Below are positions 1 through 8,753 of a stretch of 64,000 nt of DNA, in pieces (the first letter of the stretch is position 1; every line of letters begins with the position of its first letter). The DNA comes from a bacterium (lineage in GTDB: Bacteria; 4484-113; JAFGCY01). A program made the translations under genes and the position numbers. The notes below the pieces were generated by a model, which worked only from the letters and a program-made list of their open reading frames with translations, was not told the origin of the DNA and did no database searches. The stretch lies in the NCBI GenBank assembly GCA_020440645.1, contig JAGRNR010000014.1, positions 1,294-65,293 of the forward strand, in the 5' to 3' direction.

Positions 1-2231
1 ACCTCGCTGATGGACAGGCCGTAGCGCGCGATCGCGGCGCGGTCGATGTCGATGCGCAGCTGCGGCGTGCCGCTGATCTGGTCACTGCTGACATCTGCCG
101 CGCCGGGCACGGTGCGGATCACCTGCTCGACCTGCGTTGCCAGCTGCTTAAGCACCTCCGTGTCCTCACCGAATATCTTGATTGCCAGTTCGGCCTTCGT
201 GCCCGTTACGAGCTCATCAACGGCGACGGCGATCGGCTGGCTGAAGTTGAAGGTGATGCCCGGGAAGTCCTCGAACTCGTGGCTCATCATCTCGATCAGC
301 TCCTCGCTCGAGACCTGCCGTTTCCACTCCGCCGGATCACGCAGCTCAACGAACACCTCACTCGAGTTGACGCCATGTGCATGCGCGCCGACCTCGCCAC
401 TGCCGGTTCGGGTGACGACGCGTGAGACTTCCGGGAAGGCCTCCAGCAGCTGCTTTTCGAAGCGCAGCATCGCGTCGCTGCTGGTCTGCAGGCTGATGCT
501 CGGCGCCGCCGTGGCCTGCACGAGGATGTCACCTTCATTCAGACGCGGCACGAACTCACTGCCAAGCTGCGGGAAGGTCCAGGCGCCGATGGCCAGCATC
601 CCGATTGCCAGCAGCACCGCCAGCCAGCGCTGGCGCACGAACAGGCTGACCAGCGGCCGGTAGGGCAGCTGCAGAATCCTCACGATCCACAGCTCCGGCT
701 CCTCCTCGCCGGGCTTGCGCTCGACACGCTTCTTCGGGGCGCGCATCAGCAGGTAGCTGAACACAGGTGCGAGGATGATCGCGAACATCAGCGAGCCGCC
801 CATTGCCAGCGCCACCGTGTAGGCCAGCGGGCGGAAGGTCTTGCCCTCCACGCCCTGCAGCGCGAACAGCGGGATGAACACGATGATGATGATCGAGATC
901 GCGAACACGATCGGCTGGATTACCTCGCTGACGGCCTGCACCACCACGTGGAAGCGCGACTCGCCCGGCCGCGACTGTCGCAGCAGGCGATCCACGTTCT
1001 CCACGATCACGATAGTGCCATCCACCATCATGCCGATGGCGATCGCCAGCCCGCCGAGGCTCATCATGTTTGCGCTCATGCCGGTCAGCTTCATCACGAT
1101 GAAGGCGAAGCCGATCGAGAACGGGATTGACAATGCAACCACAGCGCTCGGGCGGAAGCCGCCCATGAACACCAGCAGCACCAGTGCCACGAGCGCGATG
1201 CCCTGCAGGAGCGCACTGGAGATCGTGTCCACGACCTCGCCCACGAGCGTGCCCTGGTCGTAGTAGGGCTTGACGATCACGCCTTCCGGCAGCACCTCGT
1301 TGATCTCGTCGAGCCGTGCCTTGACGTCGTCAATCACCTCGTTGGAGTTGGTGCCGATCAGCTTCAGCACCATGCCGACCACGGTCTCGGTCTCGCCATT
1401 GAGCGTGGCGGTGCCACGCCGCACCTCTGAGCCGGGCACGACCTCCGCCACCTGGCTGAGGTAGACCGGCGTGCCGTGCTCCACCTTGACGGCGATCTGC
1501 TCGAGGGCGGCGTTGCCATCGGCCAGGCCGACGCTGCGCACCACGAACTCCTCCTCGTTCTGCACGATGAACTGCGCGCCGATGTTGGCATTGTTCGCCT
1601 CGACGGCCTCGATGATGTCGTGCAGCGACAGGTCGTAACGCAGCAGCTCTCCCGGCTTGACGAGGATGTGGTACTGCCGCACGTCTCCGCCGATGCTCAG
1701 CACCTCGGTCACGCCCGGCACGGTCTGCAGGTTGTACTTGATGATCCAGTCGTTGATCTCCCGCAGCTCCTGCGGCGAGTAACTGCCGGTGGTGTCCTCG
1801 AGGTAGTAGAACAGGATCTGGCCCATGCCGGTGGTGGTCGGGCCCATCTCCGGTTCGCCGAAGCCCTCCGGGATCTGTTCGCGCGCGTGCCCGAGCCGTT
1901 CGCTGACGAGCTGGCGCGCGAAGTAGATGTCCATCCCGTCCTCGAAGTAGATGTTGACAACGCTCAGGCCGTAGATGCTCACCGAGCGGATCTCGACGAG
2001 CCGCGGCAGGCCGTTCATCGCCACCTCGATCGGGTAGGTGACGAACTTCTCGACCTCCTCTGGCGCCAGGCCTTCGGTGACGGCGAACACCTGTACCATC
2101 GAGGGTGTGACATCCGGGAAGGCGTCCACCTGCAGCCCGCGGTAGCTGTAGTAGCCAGCGCCGACCACGATCGCGCAGAGGATCACCATCAGCAGCCTGC
2201 TGCGCAGTATGAATTCCATGAAGTGGTTCAT
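1..2231 (-). CDS. czcA: Heavy-metal efflux RND permease (CzcA/CusA family), N-terminal ~743 aa; C-terminus lies beyond the window start
   Basis: Reverse-strand translation from ATG (complement of 2229-2231) reads MNHFMEFILRSRLLMVILCAIVVGAGYYSYRGLQVDAFPDVTPSMVQVFAV..., with typical AcrB/CzcA TM and periplasmic-loop motifs. It is in frame to position 1 with no stop, and follows the czcB stop by 9 nt. The ORF track missed it because it is open-ended. Confidence 0.85.
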   Translation of the reverse strand, partial: MNHFMEFILRSRLLMVILCAIVVGAGYYSYRGLQVDAFPDVTPSMVQVFAVTEGLAPEEVEKFVTYPIEVAMNGLPRLVEIRSVSIYGLSVVNIYFEDGMDIYFARQLVSERLGHAREQIPEGFGEPEMGPTTTGMGQILFYYLEDTTGSYSPQELREINDWIIKYNLQTVPGVTEVLSIGGDVRQYHILVKPGELLRYDLSLHDIIEAVEANNANIGAQFIVQNEEEFVVRSVGLADGNAALEQIAVKVEHGTPVYLSQVAEVVPGSEVRRGTATLNGETETVVGMVLKLIGTNSNEVIDDVKARLDEINEVLPEGVIVKPYYDQGTLVGEVVDTISSALLQGIALVALVLLVFMGGFRPSAVVALSIPFSIGFAFIVMKLTGMSANMMSLGGLAIAIGMMVDGTIVIVENVDRLLRQSRPGESRFHVVVQAVSEVIQPIVFAISIIIIVFIPLFALQGVEGKTFRPLAYTVALAMGGSLMFAIILAPVFSYLLMRAPKKRVERKPGEEEPELWIVRILQLPYRPLVSLFVRQRWLAVLLAIGMLAIGAWTFPQLGSEFVPRLNEGDILVQATAAPSISLQTSSDAMLRFEKQLLEAFPEVSRVVTRTGSGEVGAHAHGVNSSEVFVELRDPAEWKRQVSSEELIEMMSHEFEDFPGITFNFSQPIAVAVDELVTGTKAELAIKIFGEDTEVLKQLATQVEQVIRTVPGAADVSSDQISGTPQLRIDIDRAAIARYGLSISE

Positions 2232-2240
2232 CAGGCCCCC

Positions 2241-3605
2241 CTAGTGCGCATGTCCGGCGTGCGGGTCGAAGGTACCCTTGAGCAGTTCCGCCTTCAGCTG
2301 GAAGGCGCCCTCGACGACGATCTCCTCACCGGCGCTTAGCCCGTTGACGATCTCGGTCCCGCTGGCCGTGGTACGGCCGATGCTGACGACTCGCGGTTCG
2401 AATGACTCACCATGGCGCACGAATACCAGCTTGTCCTCATCGAGCTCGATCACGGCATCTCGCGGCACCACGATGTCAACGGTGTCACCGCCGATCTCGA
2501 CATGGCCGGTGACGAACAGGCCGGGGCGGAAGGCTTCGCTGGCCCGCTCCAGCACCACCCTGGCAACGGCGGTGCGGGTGGCCTCGCCGACGATCGGCTC
2601 GATGTAGTCAATGTATCCGGTTTCCGAGGGAATGCCGTGGCCCGGGTCAACCAGCACCTCGAGGCCCTTGCGCACGTCAGCCATGTCCTCCGGATAGACG
2701 TTGAGGTGCACCCACAGGCTGTTCAGGTTGCCAATGGTGAATACCGGCTCCTCGGTGCCAACCATTTCGCCGGCGGTGACATGCTTCTCGATGATCTCGC
2801 CGGAGGCCGGGGCATAGACAGTGAAGCCGGTCAGGCTGGCCTCCGGGTTGGCAATGATGCCCGCGATCTGCTCGTCACTGACTCCCAGCGCATGCAGGGT
2901 CTGCTCGATGCCACGCTTCTCGATGCGCTTCTCGTCAACGGCCTGCTTCGCCTCCAGGTAGTCCTGTTCCGCGCTGATGCCCTTCTCGACCAGCATCTGC
3001 TCACGCTTCGCAGTCTCCTCCAGCAGCTCCAGCTGGCTCAGCACGGCGAGATATGCACTCTTGTGCTCGGCCAGCTCAGTGCTGTCAAGCTCCAGCATCA
3101 CAGCCCCCTGGCGCACATTGTCACCGAGCACGTAATGCACCTTGCGCACGATGCCGTTCACGCGCGGGATCACATGCGTGACGCTGTCCTCGTTGATTCC
3201 GACCTCCCCGGTCAGCTCGAGGTCTCGGCCCAGGCTCCCCGCTCCGGCCGGCGCACTTGCTATCCCCAGCTCGCGGATCTGCTGGGCATCCAGCTCGATC
3301 ATCGCCGGGCCGTCTTCGTGGCCCGCATGGTCATCGTGGCCAGCATGCTCATCAGGTTGAGCGCCATCCTCAGCATGGGCTGCATGGTCGTGCTCATCCT
3401 CCGCGGGTGCAGCCTCGGCATGGGCCGCATGGTCGTGTTCATCCTCCACCGGCTCCGCCTCGGCGTGCGCGGCATGGTCGTGTTCGTCATGGCTGTCCAC
3501 CGCTGTGGCAGACTTGCCGCCCTGTCCGGCCGGACAGCCAGCCAGCGACAGCAGCGCAGCCAGTACGGTCAGCGCCAGTATGCAGTTCCTGTTATTCATT
3601 GTCAT
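2241..3605 (-). CDS. czcB: RND membrane-fusion (periplasmic adaptor) protein, HlyD/CzcB-like, with a His-rich N-terminal repeat region
   Basis: 464-aa ORF (2241..3635). Lipobox-like LSLAGC signal, then repeated HDEHDHAAHAEAEP units, then HlyD/biotin-lipoyl-like and beta-barrel adaptor motifs. An internal Met at 3605 or 3599 avoids the 44-nt overlap with czcC, so the start is uncertain. Confidence 0.85.
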   Translation of the reverse strand: MTMNNRNCILALTVLAALLSLAGCPAGQGGKSATAVDSHDEHDHAAHAEAEPVEDEHDHAAHAEAAPAEDEHDHAAHAEDGAQPDEHAGHDDHAGHEDGPAMIELDAQQIRELGIASAPAGAGSLGRDLELTGEVGINEDSVTHVIPRVNGIVRKVHYVLGDNVRQGAVMLELDSTELAEHKSAYLAVLSQLELLEETAKREQMLVEKGISAEQDYLEAKQAVDEKRIEKRGIEQTLHALGVSDEQIAGIIANPEASLTGFTVYAPASGEIIEKHVTAGEMVGTEEPVFTIGNLNSLWVHLNVYPEDMADVRKGLEVLVDPGHGIPSETGYIDYIEPIVGEATRTAVARVVLERASEAFRPGLFVTGHVEIGGDTVDIVVPRDAVIELDEDKLVFVRHGESFEPRVVSIGRTTASGTEIVNGLSAGEEIVVEGAFQLKAELLKGTFDPHAGHAH

Positions 3606-5073
3606 TTTCCTCTGTTGCCTGCGGCTCCGGCTCATCCCGGATCTCGATCAGCTGCACATCCCGATCCCCCGATGGGCCGGCCCAGTCGGCCATGCCCATG
3701 TCCAGCAGGGATTCGATCTCGGCCACCGCCAGGCGGTACTCCACCAGTGCGGCGGTCTGCTCGCTCTCCAGCTCCAGCACCGTGCGCTGGGCATCGAGCA
3801 CGTCCAGCAGGCCGAACTTGCCGTAGTGGTAGCCTTCCTCGGTCAGCGCCAGCGCTTCGTTGGCACTGGGCAGCAGGCTGCGGCCGTAGTCGCGGTAGTT
3901 GGCAAGCGCCAGCGTGGCCTGCGCATGCAGCTGGCTGAGCTGCATCCGGGTGTCGAGCCGTGCCGCGTCACGTGCATGCTGCACCTGCTCCCGGCGGTGG
4001 TAGGCAGCGTTGATCCCGCCCTCGTTCTTGTCATGCACGGGCAGCTCCCATGCCACGCCGACCTTGAACACCGTCTCCTGGATCTCATTGAGCCGGCTGA
4101 TCCCGCCGAACAGTTCGAGGTCCGAAACCGAATTGGCATTTTCCAGTGACAGCAGCGCATTGAGTGCGTCGTACTCCGCATCGAACCTGGCAACCGCCGG
4201 CAGGCCCTCGATCACCTGCTCCAGCTCGCTGAGCTCCAGCAGGTCCGGGCCGGCACCGTTTCCGGCATCGACAGAGTCGAAATCCGGTTCACTGATGCCC
4301 ATCGCCGTTGCCAGGCTGCGCAGGGACAGCTCGCTTGAGCGTTCGGCGGAGCCGATCTGCAGGTCGAGGCGTGCCAGCTCGATGTCCAGCCGCTCCAGTT
4401 CGAGCCGCGCACTGCGCCCGGCCTCAACACTGGCGGCCACCGTGTCATAGATGTGCTGCACCAGCTGGCGGTAACGGCCAAGCTGCTCCAGCTCATAGCG
4501 GGATGACTGCGCTTCGGCATAGGCCATGCGCACCGCCGAGCGTATCTCGTACTCCAGTTCGGCGATGTCCCATTGCACCAGTTCACCCTCCAGCCGCGCC
4601 GTGGCCTCGCGCAGGCTGCGCTTGCCGCCACGCTCGAGGGACTGGCTGTAGGTCAGGTGCGTTGCCAGCGCCTTCACGCCGGTGGCTTCCTGTGTGCCGC
4701 CGAACTCCTCGAGTTCAACCTCGACCGCCGGGTTGGGCTTGCGTCCCTGCTGGAAAGCCTCGCTCTGCATTGCCTGGTATTCGCGGCGCAGCGCGGCGAT
4801 GCCGGGATGGTCAGCGAGGGCACGGCGCAAGGCATCATCGAGGCTCAGCACATGCTGGCCGCTTGCCAGCTCAATCGCACGGGTCTCGAGCGCCTCGGCC
4901 CCGAACAGCGCCTCGACGACGCCCGGAACTTCCGGGGGAGGAGCCTGGGACTGTGTGTCCTGCAGGGTCACTTCAGTAACTGTGATCGTGTCGGCCAATG
5001 CCAGGGTCGGTAGTGCCGCCAGCAGCATCGTCAATATCAGCAATGCGCTGCATTGCCTGAAAGCAATTTGCAT
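3592..5073 (-). CDS. czcC: Outer-membrane efflux protein, TolC/CzcC family
   Basis: 493 aa with signal peptide MQIAFRQCSALLILTMLLAALPTLALA. Two long coiled-coil/beta repeat halves typical of OEP family. Sits immediately upstream of czcB-czcA in the canonical C-B-A order. Confidence 0.8.
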   Translation of the reverse strand: MQIAFRQCSALLILTMLLAALPTLALADTITVTEVTLQDTQSQAPPPEVPGVVEALFGAEALETRAIELASGQHVLSLDDALRRALADHPGIAALRREYQAMQSEAFQQGRKPNPAVEVELEEFGGTQEATGVKALATHLTYSQSLERGGKRSLREATARLEGELVQWDIAELEYEIRSAVRMAYAEAQSSRYELEQLGRYRQLVQHIYDTVAASVEAGRSARLELERLDIELARLDLQIGSAERSSELSLRSLATAMGISEPDFDSVDAGNGAGPDLLELSELEQVIEGLPAVARFDAEYDALNALLSLENANSVSDLELFGGISRLNEIQETVFKVGVAWELPVHDKNEGGINAAYHRREQVQHARDAARLDTRMQLSQLHAQATLALANYRDYGRSLLPSANEALALTEEGYHYGKFGLLDVLDAQRTVLELESEQTAALVEYRLAVAEIESLLDMGMADWAGPSGDRDVQLIEIRDEPEPQATEENDNE

Positions 5074-5136
5074 GGAATCTTCTCCGGGAATGTGGTGAGC
5101 AGAAGCGGGCCGGGCGGCCCAGCGGGAGAAGTCGGT

Positions 5137-5613
5137 CTAGATCAGCAGGCAGGTGGACTCGGAGAAGAGTTCAGCCGCAGTGGGCGGTGAACCATCCTGG
5201 TTGTCCACGAAGGCGGACATCGGGTTGCCGGTGCTTGCTGCCGGTGCAGCATCAAAGCTGTAAAGGCAGCCACCAAGCCAGTGGTGCACGGCGACGGTCT
5301 TGGCCTTGATCAGCCGGTTGACCGGGCTGGCATGCAGCACCTGGTCCTGGCAGGAAGCACAGTGGCGGTGGGAATAACTTTCCTGACCCGGTCCACCATG
5401 CTCGTGCATCTCCGCCTCACTGCATTCCAAGCAGGCTTCGCTTGAACTGGATATGCACTGGCCGTTGACGGCCTGCTCGAGGCGCGGCAGCTGGCCTGAT
5501 TCGTGGCAGAGCACGAACTGCATCGGGGCAGGGCTGGTCAGCACGAGCAGCACAAGGCAGATGCGCACCGTGTGGCGCGCAAATGCGGTGAATGCTGTCT
5601 GCCTGAATGCCAT
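5137..5613 (-). CDS. Small secreted Cys/His-rich protein, possibly metal-binding, upstream of the czc operon
   Basis: 158 aa with a signal-peptide-like N-terminus (RICLVLLVLTSPAP). Many Cys/His (CHESGQ, CLECSEAEMHEHGG, HRHCASC). Position is analogous to the small periplasmic czcI-type genes. No family was recognised. Confidence 0.45.
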   Translation of the reverse strand: MAFRQTAFTAFARHTVRICLVLLVLTSPAPMQFVLCHESGQLPRLEQAVNGQCISSSSEACLECSEAEMHEHGGPGQESYSHRHCASCQDQVLHASPVNRLIKAKTVAVHHWLGGCLYSFDAAPAASTGNPMSAFVDNQDGSPPTAAELFSESTCLLI

Positions 5614-5821
5614 GCCTTCCTGATCAGGGGTTGCCCCCAGGCGCGCAGATTACCACGCCATTCGCCGCAGTGTCAATTCACGGCAGCCCAGTGAGAATCA
5701 ACTATCAACAGTATTAGGACTATCCTGCCTTCTGGCATATACTGCGCATCAGCGGATGACCGGCAAGGTACAGATAGAGAGTCCATCAGGCGAGGATGGA
5801 AGCAGGTCGGAGCTGGAAGCA

Positions 5822-6847
5822 ATGCGGAAGCTGCTGCTCTGCGCGCTGCTTGTCGCTGCCTGCCTGCTGGCCAGCCTGCTCTTCCTCGCGGCATTTGTAA
5901 CCAAGGGGCTTGGACTCGGCGAGCTAGGCCGGCTGCCCGTGCTGCATCAGTGGTACCGCCAGCATGAATCGGACCCGCAGCCGGGCATCATTGTGCTGGG
6001 TGACAGCCTCGGACGATCGGCATTCAACGCCCGGCATGTGAATGAGTCTGCTGCCATCGGCCAGCCGACTGCATGGAACCTTGCCAGCTCCGCTCGCAGC
6101 TACCCCGAGATGCTGCTGGACATCGGCCAGCCGGCGCTGGCAGATTCCACCATCCTTCTTTTCGTGTCCCCGGTGACGAGCTTCAACCCCAGCAAGCTGG
6201 CCATCAACCCGCGCAAGGCCAATACATACGCCCTGCTCGGATTGCCTGAACGATTCAGTGACAACCGCGAAAGGTATGGCAGTGCCCTCGACGCACAGTC
6301 CATGGTGCTGCTGGACCGCCCACGCTGGCAACAAATGGCCTACGCCCGCTGGCGCCTGCCGGAATGGCTGAAGGACTCGCTGCAGGTCAGTTTCGGTGCC
6401 AACCGCGAGCGCCACAGATACCTGCTCGGTGAATACAACACAGACCTGTCCTACCCACGCTTCGGCCGCTCACTGGACGGTGATGGACTGGCCCGCGCGG
6501 TGGATGCCAGAATCGAACTGCTGCATGACCCCGGCTACTGCGGCATCAGCGAGGAGAGTTGCCAGCAGGCCCTGCGCGACATCGTCGACGGCCTGGCGAA
6601 CACCGGCAGCGAACTGGTGGTCGTGATGTACCCGCTGCACCCCGCCTATCGGGACTGGCTGGCGCGAGAGTATCCGCAGTACGGTGCGGACTGGCTGCAG
6701 GATGTGCTTGGCCCTGGGCGGCGGATCATCGACATCAGTGATTTCAGCGTGGACGGCCTGTTCCGTGACGACCTGCACATCAGTGACGAAGCCTCCATCA
6801 CACTGACGGAGCACCTGCTGCAGCTGCTGCGGGAGGACGGAAGCTAG
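5822..6847 (+). CDS. Membrane-anchored SGNH/GDSL-like protein (AlgJ/DltD/PatB-like acyl-transfer partner)
   Basis: ORF 5756..6847. Likely start is ATG 5822 (MRKLLLCALLVAACLLASLLFLAAF, a TM anchor, preceded by GGAGCTGGAAG). The GDS(L) block VLGDSLGRSAF fits. Its stop overlaps the GTG start of the downstream MBOAT gene. Confidence 0.6.
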   Translation: MRKLLLCALLVAACLLASLLFLAAFVTKGLGLGELGRLPVLHQWYRQHESDPQPGIIVLGDSLGRSAFNARHVNESAAIGQPTAWNLASSARSYPEMLLDIGQPALADSTILLFVSPVTSFNPSKLAINPRKANTYALLGLPERFSDNRERYGSALDAQSMVLLDRPRWQQMAYARWRLPEWLKDSLQVSFGANRERHRYLLGEYNTDLSYPRFGRSLDGDGLARAVDARIELLHDPGYCGISEESCQQALRDIVDGLANTGSELVVVMYPLHPAYRDWLAREYPQYGADWLQDVLGPGRRIIDISDFSVDGLFRDDLHISDEASITLTEHLLQLLREDGS

Positions 6848-8263
6848 GTGCTGTTCCCCAGCCTGCAGTTCGCCGGGTTCATGCTGCTGCTTCTGGCAAT
6901 CCTCGCGCTGCTGCGCGGCCAGCCGGCGCGCAAGCTGCTGCTGCTCGTTGCCAGCTACCTGTTCTACATGGCCTGGAACCCGGCCTTCATCATCCTGATC
7001 ATCTTCTCGAGCTTCGTCGACTGGTTCGTCGGCGCAGCACTTGAGCATGAGGAGCGCAGGCAGCGGCGCATGGGCCTGCTGCTCGTGAGCCTCGTTGCCA
7101 ATCTCGGGCTGCTGGCCTGGTTCAAGTATTCAGGCTTCCTGTCAGCGATGCTGCTCGGATTCTCGCGCGAGCTGGGGCTTGGCTGGCACTGGCAGTGGCC
7201 GGAGATCACCCTGCCCGTCGGCATCTCGTTCTACACCTTCCAGACCCTTTCCTACTCGATCGACATCTACGCCCGGCGCATCCGCCCGGCCCGCAGCCTG
7301 CTGGACTACGCGCTCTACGTGGCCTTCTTCCCGCAGCTGGTGGCCGGCCCGATCGTGCGCGCCCGTGAGTTCCTGCCGCAGCTCACGCAGGGCATCCGCC
7401 TGCGCCTGACACCGAAGGCCGTGTCCCTGATCAGCGGCGGGCTGGTGAAGAAGGTGGTGATCGCCGACAACCTCGCCCCCTATGTCGATGCCGTGTATGG
7501 CAACCCGGCGTCCTTCAGCGGCCCGGACATCCTGCTGGCTACGCTGTGCTTCAGTACGCAGATCTACTGCGACTTCTCCGGCTACTCCGACATGGCGATC
7601 GGGCTGGCCTCGATCTTCGGCCTCGAGCTGCCGCGCAACTTCAACTACCCCTACTTCGCCCAGGGCGCATCCGACTTCTGGCGCCGCTGGCACATCACCC
7701 TCTCGCGCTGGTTGCGGGACTACCTCTACATCCCGCTCGGCGGCAACCGCCACGGCACGGCCCGCACCTACCTCAACCTGATGCTGACCATGCTGCTCGG
7801 CGGCCTGTGGCACGGTGCCGGCTGGACCTTCATCCTGTGGGGTGCCTGGCATGGCCTGCTGCTGGTGCTGCAGCGGCTAAACCCGCTGGAGAGGGCACTC
7901 AGCCGCCCGGCCTGGCGCCTGCCCGTCAAGCTCAGCAGCTGGCTGCTGTTCCAGGCCTGTGTGCTGTTCGGCTGGATGCTCTTCAGGGCCGCCGACTGGT
8001 TCAGCCTGGGCGAACTTCTCGGTGGCCTGCAGCGCTTTGGCCATGGATGGCAGCTGCAGCGGCTGGATAACGTGGAACTGTTCACCGTGCTTGGGGTGCT
8101 GCTGATCTTCTGGTGCAGCCATATGCTGATGTACCAGCGCCAGCGGCGTATCCGTCGGGAGCCCAGCTGGCGCAGCGCGATGGCTACCCTGGCCGCCTCC
8201 ACGGTGCTCCTCTCACTGCTATGGCCGGCTGATTCGGCACCTTTTATATATTTCCAGTTCTAA
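6848..8263 (+). CDS. MBOAT-family membrane-bound O-acyltransferase (AlgI/DltB/PatA-like)
   Basis: 471 aa, polytopic. Conserved MBOAT blocks are present (FYTFQTLSYSIDIY, FFPQLVAGPIVRA, WRRWHITLSRWLRDYLYIPLGGNRHG, with the invariant His in WHG/WHI). GTG start overlaps the upstream stop (TAGGTG). Confidence 0.85.
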   Translation: MLFPSLQFAGFMLLLLAILALLRGQPARKLLLLVASYLFYMAWNPAFIILIIFSSFVDWFVGAALEHEERRQRRMGLLLVSLVANLGLLAWFKYSGFLSAMLLGFSRELGLGWHWQWPEITLPVGISFYTFQTLSYSIDIYARRIRPARSLLDYALYVAFFPQLVAGPIVRAREFLPQLTQGIRLRLTPKAVSLISGGLVKKVVIADNLAPYVDAVYGNPASFSGPDILLATLCFSTQIYCDFSGYSDMAIGLASIFGLELPRNFNYPYFAQGASDFWRRWHITLSRWLRDYLYIPLGGNRHGTARTYLNLMLTMLLGGLWHGAGWTFILWGAWHGLLLVLQRLNPLERALSRPAWRLPVKLSSWLLFQACVLFGWMLFRAADWFSLGELLGGLQRFGHGWQLQRLDNVELFTVLGVLLIFWCSHMLMYQRQRRIRREPSWRSAMATLAASTVLLSLLWPADSAPFIYFQF

Positions 8264-8407
8264 TTTTGTCGCATTTAACTCTCATTTAACCATTAATAAA
8301 GAAATTTTGCATGATTCACTTTCCATTCTCCTGCCATCCTGATAGAATCTGGCGTATAAGCGCATCGGACTTTGGGCCGATTGCTTTTTTCAAGAGCGGA
8401 GAGAAAG

Positions 8408-8674
8408 ATGGCAGATAGCAAGAATGTCAACACTGGCAAGCTGGAATCCTCGATTACCAGTTTTCTCAGTGATGACTCTCATATCCGTCAGATGTCCATG
8501 TCGATTGACCGCACGACGCAGATGGTTGCGAACCTGCGGGAACTCGACAGGATCTATGACGCTGAAATCACCATGGCGCATGGCCAGCGCAAGTACGCGC
8601 TGATGCATGAGAAGATGGTGAAGATGGAGCGCATTCGCAACGGCGAGCACGTTTCCTTCAACATCGGCCACTGA
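8408..8674 (+). CDS. Hypothetical small protein (88 aa) in an AT-rich intergenic patch
   Basis: ORF 8372..8674. ATG 8408 is preceded by a strong RBS (GAGCGGAGAGAAAG-ATG). The surrounding 8264-8400 is strikingly AT-rich for this window. No family was recognised. Confidence 0.4.
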   Translation: MADSKNVNTGKLESSITSFLSDDSHIRQMSMSIDRTTQMVANLRELDRIYDAEITMAHGQRKYALMHEKMVKMERIRNGEHVSFNIGH

Positions 8675-8753
8675 CACAACATTCCATGAATCTGGCCGAA
8701 CAGAGGCCAGGCAAGTTTGCGCATCATTTACCCTGAAATCCAGGCGAGCCGCT

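Noticed and set aside
2412-3938. Long plus-strand ORF (508 aa) and other long antisense ORFs, e.g. 46..663, 1476..2339, 10410..11960(-), 11923..13053(-), 15674..16540(+), 17586..18683(-), 19468..20664(+), 51923..53500(-), 60150..61733(+)
   Set aside because: They lie antisense to well-supported genes, are Arg/Ala/Pro-rich with low complexity, and have no RBS or recognisable motifs. They are typical GC-driven spurious ORFs.
6470-7852. Minus-strand ORFs of 192 and 236 aa inside the MBOAT/SGNH genes
   Set aside because: They are antisense to motif-supported genes and have low-complexity Gln/Ala/Arg composition.
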